DNA of 64,000 bases from Promethearchaeia archaeon (GTDB taxonomy: Archaea > Asgardarchaeota > Lokiarchaeia > Sigyniarchaeales > SOKP01), in NCBI GenBank assembly GCA_046483985.1, contig JAWOCD010000111.1:1-64000 (forward strand), read 5' to 3'. The notes beneath the pieces were generated by a model. It saw only the letters and a list, made by a program, of their open reading frames with translations. It was not told the origin of the DNA and did not search any database. Positions within the stretch are counted from its first letter, which is position 1. The number at the start of each line of letters is the position of its first letter. Positions 60,203 to 64,000 of this stretch are shown piece by piece. The translations under genes were made by a program, and so were the position numbers.

Positions 60203-61555
60203 CGAGAAGATGAATTATCTCTTCTCCAAAGAGAATGGGCATCCGACAAAGCAAGTTTAATCATTCTTCATGGACGGCGGAGAATTGGAAAAACACGGTT
60301 ATTAATGGAATTTTATAAAGACAAACCCGGCATATTTTATATGGCAGAACAAGCATCAAAACTAATTCAAATCAACGGTCTCAAGCAGAAGATGGCAAAT
60401 TTTTTAAATGATAATCTGCTTGAATCCTTGGAAATCAAGGAGTGGAATCAACTGTTTGAATATTTTGGCAAAAATGCCCCCAACGAGCGTTTTTATCTCG
60501 TAGTGGACGAATTTACATATTTAATAGAGACCGAAAAGCGTATCGTAAGCATTCTGCAAAAACATTGGGACCTCTCATTCTCTGGAAGTAAAATCCAGAT
60601 CATTTTATCGGGGTCCTTACTGGGGTTGATGAATGAACAAGTGCTCTCTCAAAGATCCCCTTTATATGGAAGGAGAACCCGTGATATTCTATTAGGGTCA
60701 TTAGAATTTCGAGATGCAGCTCAATTTTTATCCATGGATTCAGAAGAGCAGCTCAAAACCTACTTGATAATTGGTGGAATTCCCGAATATTTGCTAAAAG
60801 CATCAAGTTATAAAAGTCTTAGTGCGTTTTTGAGTCAAGAATTTTTCCATAAACAAGGCTACTTTTTCCGAGAACCATATTACATCCTTTCTCAGGAAAT
60901 ACGCAAACTCAAGATTTACTTTTCAATATTAAATGCCATCGCCTTTGGCAATACGCGCCCAACACGCATCGCCAATTTTGTGGGAATCCGCAGTAGAGAA
61001 ATATACCCCTACCTGGATACTCTCATTCGTTTAGGATTTATTGAACGAGAAACACCGATTCTTCTCAGCTCAAACCGTGGCATCTATCTCATAAAGGATG
61101 ACGTGTTTGATTTCTGGTTTAATTTTATCTTCAATCATCGTGAGAAAATTGAACGAAACGCCTTTATGCCCCCTCATGAGATACTTTCTCCATTCTTTGG
61201 TAAGAAATATGAACGATTTTGCCGAAAGGAATTTATACCCCGTATCTTTTCTGACTATACTCAAATTGGACGGTGGTGGTATAAAGACAAAGAAATTGAT
61301 ATTGTTGGCGTCGACAAAGAACAAGAAGAGATTTTGTTTATCGAATGCAAATGGAGTGAGTTGAAAGAAAGAGATATTGAAGATATTCTACAAGATCTAA
61401 AAGAGAAAGCAAAATCTGTACAATGGAAGAATACCACTCGTTCAGAAACATACGGAGTACTTGGAAGGGAGATAAAGGAAAAAGAAGAATTGGGGGATAA
61501 AGGCGTTCTATTGTTTGATCTTAGAGATATTATAGAGAATGGAGAAGGAAAATAA
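60182..61555 (+). CDS. Archaeal ATPase (ATPase_2 AAA + wHTH + DUF234 PD-(D/E)xK domain)
   Basis: FIDREDEL, Walker A GRRRIGKT, VVDEF, SPLYGR, GGIP and GRWW...EIDIV...ECKW. Confidence 0.93.
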   Translation: MISTFIDREDELSLLQREWASDKASLIILHGRRRIGKTRLLMEFYKDKPGIFYMAEQASKLIQINGLKQKMANFLNDNLLESLEIKEWNQLFEYFGKNAPNERFYLVVDEFTYLIETEKRIVSILQKHWDLSFSGSKIQIILSGSLLGLMNEQVLSQRSPLYGRRTRDILLGSLEFRDAAQFLSMDSEEQLKTYLIIGGIPEYLLKASSYKSLSAFLSQEFFHKQGYFFREPYYILSQEIRKLKIYFSILNAIAFGNTRPTRIANFVGIRSREIYPYLDTLIRLGFIERETPILLSSNRGIYLIKDDVFDFWFNFIFNHREKIERNAFMPPHEILSPFFGKKYERFCRKEFIPRIFSDYTQIGRWWYKDKEIDIVGVDKEQEEILFIECKWSELKERDIEDILQDLKEKAKSVQWKNTTRSETYGVLGREIKEKEELGDKGVLLFDLRDIIENGEGK

Positions 61556-61564
61556 TTAATTGAG

Positions 61565-61595
61565 ATTAGTACTAATTATAATTAGTTTTATTGAT
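61565..61595. repeat. Downstream near-copy of the ATPase start region
   Basis: ATTAGTACTAATTATAATTAGTTTTATTGAT versus ATTAGTACTAATTATGATTAGTACTTTTATTGAT. Confidence 0.65.
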
Positions 61596-61896
61596 ATATG
61601 ATTCCCAAATGATTTTGAAAATATAGATTTAAAATACAACGTCATAAATCGCTCCCCTTTCTCGATCTATTTCCCGAGAGGGTCAGCGAGACAAATATCT
61701 ATGTCGCCGGAAGTTTTATATCTCACATTCACTATTAAGGTATTATAACCTAATTACCCTAAGACCTAAATTTGATACCAACAAATTTTTTATAAAATAA
61801 ACTTTTTTTAACAAATATAATAATTAAATTAACTTTAGATAAATTATTTTTCAGCAAGTTTAATGTTAAGAAAAAAAACCTTAGTAAGGAATTATC

Positions 61897-62325
61897 ATGA
61901 CAGAAAGTGAAGAATTTAACCCTTATATTTTAGGAATCTGCTGTAATTGGTGTACATATGCAGGGGCTGATCAAGCCGGTACGTCAAGAATGCAACGGCC
62001 CGCAAACCTTCGTATCATGCGAGTCATGTGCGGAGGTCGTGTAGAACCCTCTTTTGTTTTAGATGCCCTTAAAAATGGCGCTGATGGAGTACTCGTATCC
62101 CATTGTCACCCAGGAGATTGCCATTATGTCGAAGGAAATCTAAAAACGATCAGGAAAATCCCCATGCTCCATAGAATGCTGGAGCAATTTGGAATCAATC
62201 CGAAACGGGTAAAATACACCTTCGTGTCCGCATCAGAAGGAGCCGAATTGACCGAGATTGTAAAAGAATTTGTTGCAGAGTTAAAGGAAATAGGTCCAAA
62301 TCCAATTGTAAATCCGGAGGCGTAA
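61897..62325 (+). CDS. mvhD: Hydrogenase iron-sulfur subunit MvhD ([2Fe-2S])
   Basis: CCNWCTYAGAD, RVMCGGRV, GADGV, CHPGDCHY and SASEG motifs. Confidence 0.96.
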   Translation: MTESEEFNPYILGICCNWCTYAGADQAGTSRMQRPANLRIMRVMCGGRVEPSFVLDALKNGADGVLVSHCHPGDCHYVEGNLKTIRKIPMLHRMLEQFGINPKRVKYTFVSASEGAELTEIVKEFVAELKEIGPNPIVNPEA

Positions 62326-62331
62326 GAGTAA

Positions 62332-62592
62332 ATGCAAATATTTGACCTAAAAATTAACCACAATCTCTGTACAGGCTGCAATATATGTGTCGTGAGCTGT
62401 CCTATAAATTTTACCCATTTGAAAAAGGACGGCAAATTGACCGAAGAAAATGCCGTAATTTTGGTGCAAAACGGTATTGCCCATCCAATATATGATGAAG
62501 ATCGAAGTTATAACTGTGATGGATGCGGAATCTGTATCAAGTCTTGTCCGCAAGAAGCTATGCAAATCAAAGTATTGGAAGTTAAAGAATAA
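62332..62592 (+). CDS. 2[4Fe-4S] ferredoxin (FwdG-like)
   Basis: CTGCNICVVSCP; CDGCGICIKSCP. Confidence 0.85.
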   Translation: MQIFDLKINHNLCTGCNICVVSCPINFTHLKKDGKLTEENAVILVQNGIAHPIYDEDRSYNCDGCGICIKSCPQEAMQIKVLEVKE

Positions 62593-62635
62593 AGAGATAT
62601 CTTTTTCTTTTCCCTTTTTTTACCCAAAAAGTTGA

Positions 62636-62872
62636 TATTTACATTCCAATTCATTCAAAAGCTATCATAAAGAATTTAATAAAATTGAAGGGCCAATATT
62701 TCTAGATGCGCAAAATCTGACGGACACAACTTACCGAATCGCGGATTTAAATCCAGGTACCTATTATTATGCAGTTCTTGCCAAAAAAGAGGGAGGGAAC
62801 CGCCTTTCAAATTGTCTAAGGATTCAAGTTATATCGAAGAAGATGATTATTTATTATGTTATTTTAACATAA
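62636..62872 (+). pseudogene. Start-less fibronectin type III-like gene fragment
   Basis: Manual translation ...NLTDTTYRIADLNPGTYYYAVLAKKEGGNRLSNCLRIQV matches the FnIII L-x-P-G-T-x-Y pattern. Confidence 0.55.
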
Positions 62873-63111
62873 TAAACTTATTTTAGAGAACCAAACAAGA
62901 AAATCCAGAAAACACGAATGAACAAGAAAAATTTTTCTTATTAAATTGAAATTATCTAATGGTATTCGTCTTTATTTCCATAATTCGAATGGAGTTCATT
63001 ATAACTGATGTCTAATTGCTACAAATAATTATCTATAATAAGTTTTTTAAATTTCTTTACTTTTTCCAATCTAAGTAAGATGAGATATACACGAAGGTAA
63101 TAAATAAACCG

Positions 63112-63834
63112 ATGTTTCCCAAAACCCATAGGAAATTAGAAGATAATTTAGAGAAGACCAGTATTTCATTTTTGAAAGAAAATCTTGAGTTAGTTCTGGA
63201 TAAGAAGAAATGCGTTGGCTGTGGAACATGCGAGCGTGCGTGCCCAAAGGAGGCCATAGTAAAAAAAGAATTAGATGAGCCGGTGAGAGTAAATCAAAAG
63301 CAAATTATTCGCAAGGTCAAACATTTCTTGATCCCGAATGTACACGACCCAGAAAAGTGTGTCTATTGTGGTGTATGCACGTACGTCTGTCCCTTTAACG
63401 CTCTCACACTCAAGATTAACGGCGAAAAGATTGAGCCCGAGCATCTCCCATTAGTTGAGGAGCATGCGCTCCCGAAAATCGATTATGAAGAGGTCACACT
63501 TGATTCGGGGGAAAAAGTTAAAAAATATGCAAGCGGCTCATTAACCATTAACGTGGAAAAATGCGCAGGAGGATGTTCCAATTGTGCTGATGTCTGTCCC
63601 AGTGGAGCAATTACGGTTGCTGACGAAAAATTTCAACCAGAAAACAAATGGGAATCTAATGTTGTCCTAGAATTGCGGGAGGATAAGTGCGTTTTTTGCG
63701 GAGCGTGTCATAACGCATGCCCGACGGGTGCGTTACAGCTCGATATTAATGAAATTTATTTTTCAGGCAATTACAATAGCCCTTTCTGGGATAATATCAT
63801 GGGTCGGCTAAAACTGAAGGAAAGGAAGGATTAA
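63112..63834 (+). CDS. Polyferredoxin, FwdF-like
   Basis: Four CxxCxxCxxxCP-type motifs; CVYCGVCTYVCPFNAL. Confidence 0.85.
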   Translation: MFPKTHRKLEDNLEKTSISFLKENLELVLDKKKCVGCGTCERACPKEAIVKKELDEPVRVNQKQIIRKVKHFLIPNVHDPEKCVYCGVCTYVCPFNALTLKINGEKIEPEHLPLVEEHALPKIDYEEVTLDSGEKVKKYASGSLTINVEKCAGGCSNCADVCPSGAITVADEKFQPENKWESNVVLELREDKCVFCGACHNACPTGALQLDINEIYFSGNYNSPFWDNIMGRLKLKERKD

Positions 63835-64000
63835 CGATTATAAAACAAAAAATCTCTGGGAGATCAGTAAGGCAATTTATCCTAAGATAAAGCTCTTTAA
63901 GATTTGCAGGGTTCCCGATGAAATCCTATAGAGTGGGAACATCTAAAGATTTTAAATGCGACCATTTAATTCTGATTAAAACTGCGATAGATCCGATTAT

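Noticed and set aside
45319-62325. Selenocysteine recoding in hdrA or mvhD (also checked mvhG, tusA and dsrE)
   Set aside because: All are uninterrupted ORFs with Cys at the relevant motifs and no in-frame TGA.
821-63257. Many short antisense or alternate-frame ORFs in the supplied track (e.g. 821-1015, 3247-3714, 7210-7548, 46481-46885, 62124-62435)
   Set aside because: They overlap well-supported genes and show no motifs; treated as shadow ORFs.
63911-63940. GTTCCCGATGAAATCCTATAGAGTGGGAAC, a CRISPR-repeat-sized sequence with 6-bp inverted ends
   Set aside because: Single copy, with no spacers or cas genes visible, although it lies close to the window edge.

Overview
AT-rich archaeal chromosomal window. 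Gene content and style suggest an Asgard archaeon of the Lokiarchaeia; this is an inference, not a database result. Anaerobic H2/C1 metabolism dominates: group 3c [NiFe]-hydrogenase mvhG/mvhA (mvhA cut by the window edge), hypD/E/F, hdrCB, hdrA, an HdrD/GlpC-like protein, mvhD, fwdA, FwdF/FwdG-like ferredoxins, two mobA, and tusA/dsrE. Mixed in are housekeeping genes (hisFH, purF, RNase HI), transporters (MscS, PiT flanked by two DUF47 genes, CDF), a large membrane-anchored subtilase, a GH3 glycosidase, toxin-antitoxin pairs (PIN/UPF0175, MNT/HEPN) and an archaeal ATPase. I found no rRNA, tRNA, CRISPR array or intact transposase. The most unusual signals are mostly non-coding. (1) Five dispersed IS200/IS605 right-end-like hairpin cassettes in two sequence families, all ending in TTCAA, one with a tandemly duplicated end. 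(2) An exact 30-bp copy of hdrA coding sequence in an intergenic region about 9 kb away, antisense to hdrA on the locally transcribed strand. (3) A 136-bp element closed by a 16-bp inverted repeat. (4) Palindromic direct repeats bracketing the ATPase gene. (5) A hydrogenase small subunit with a duplicated Fe-S module.
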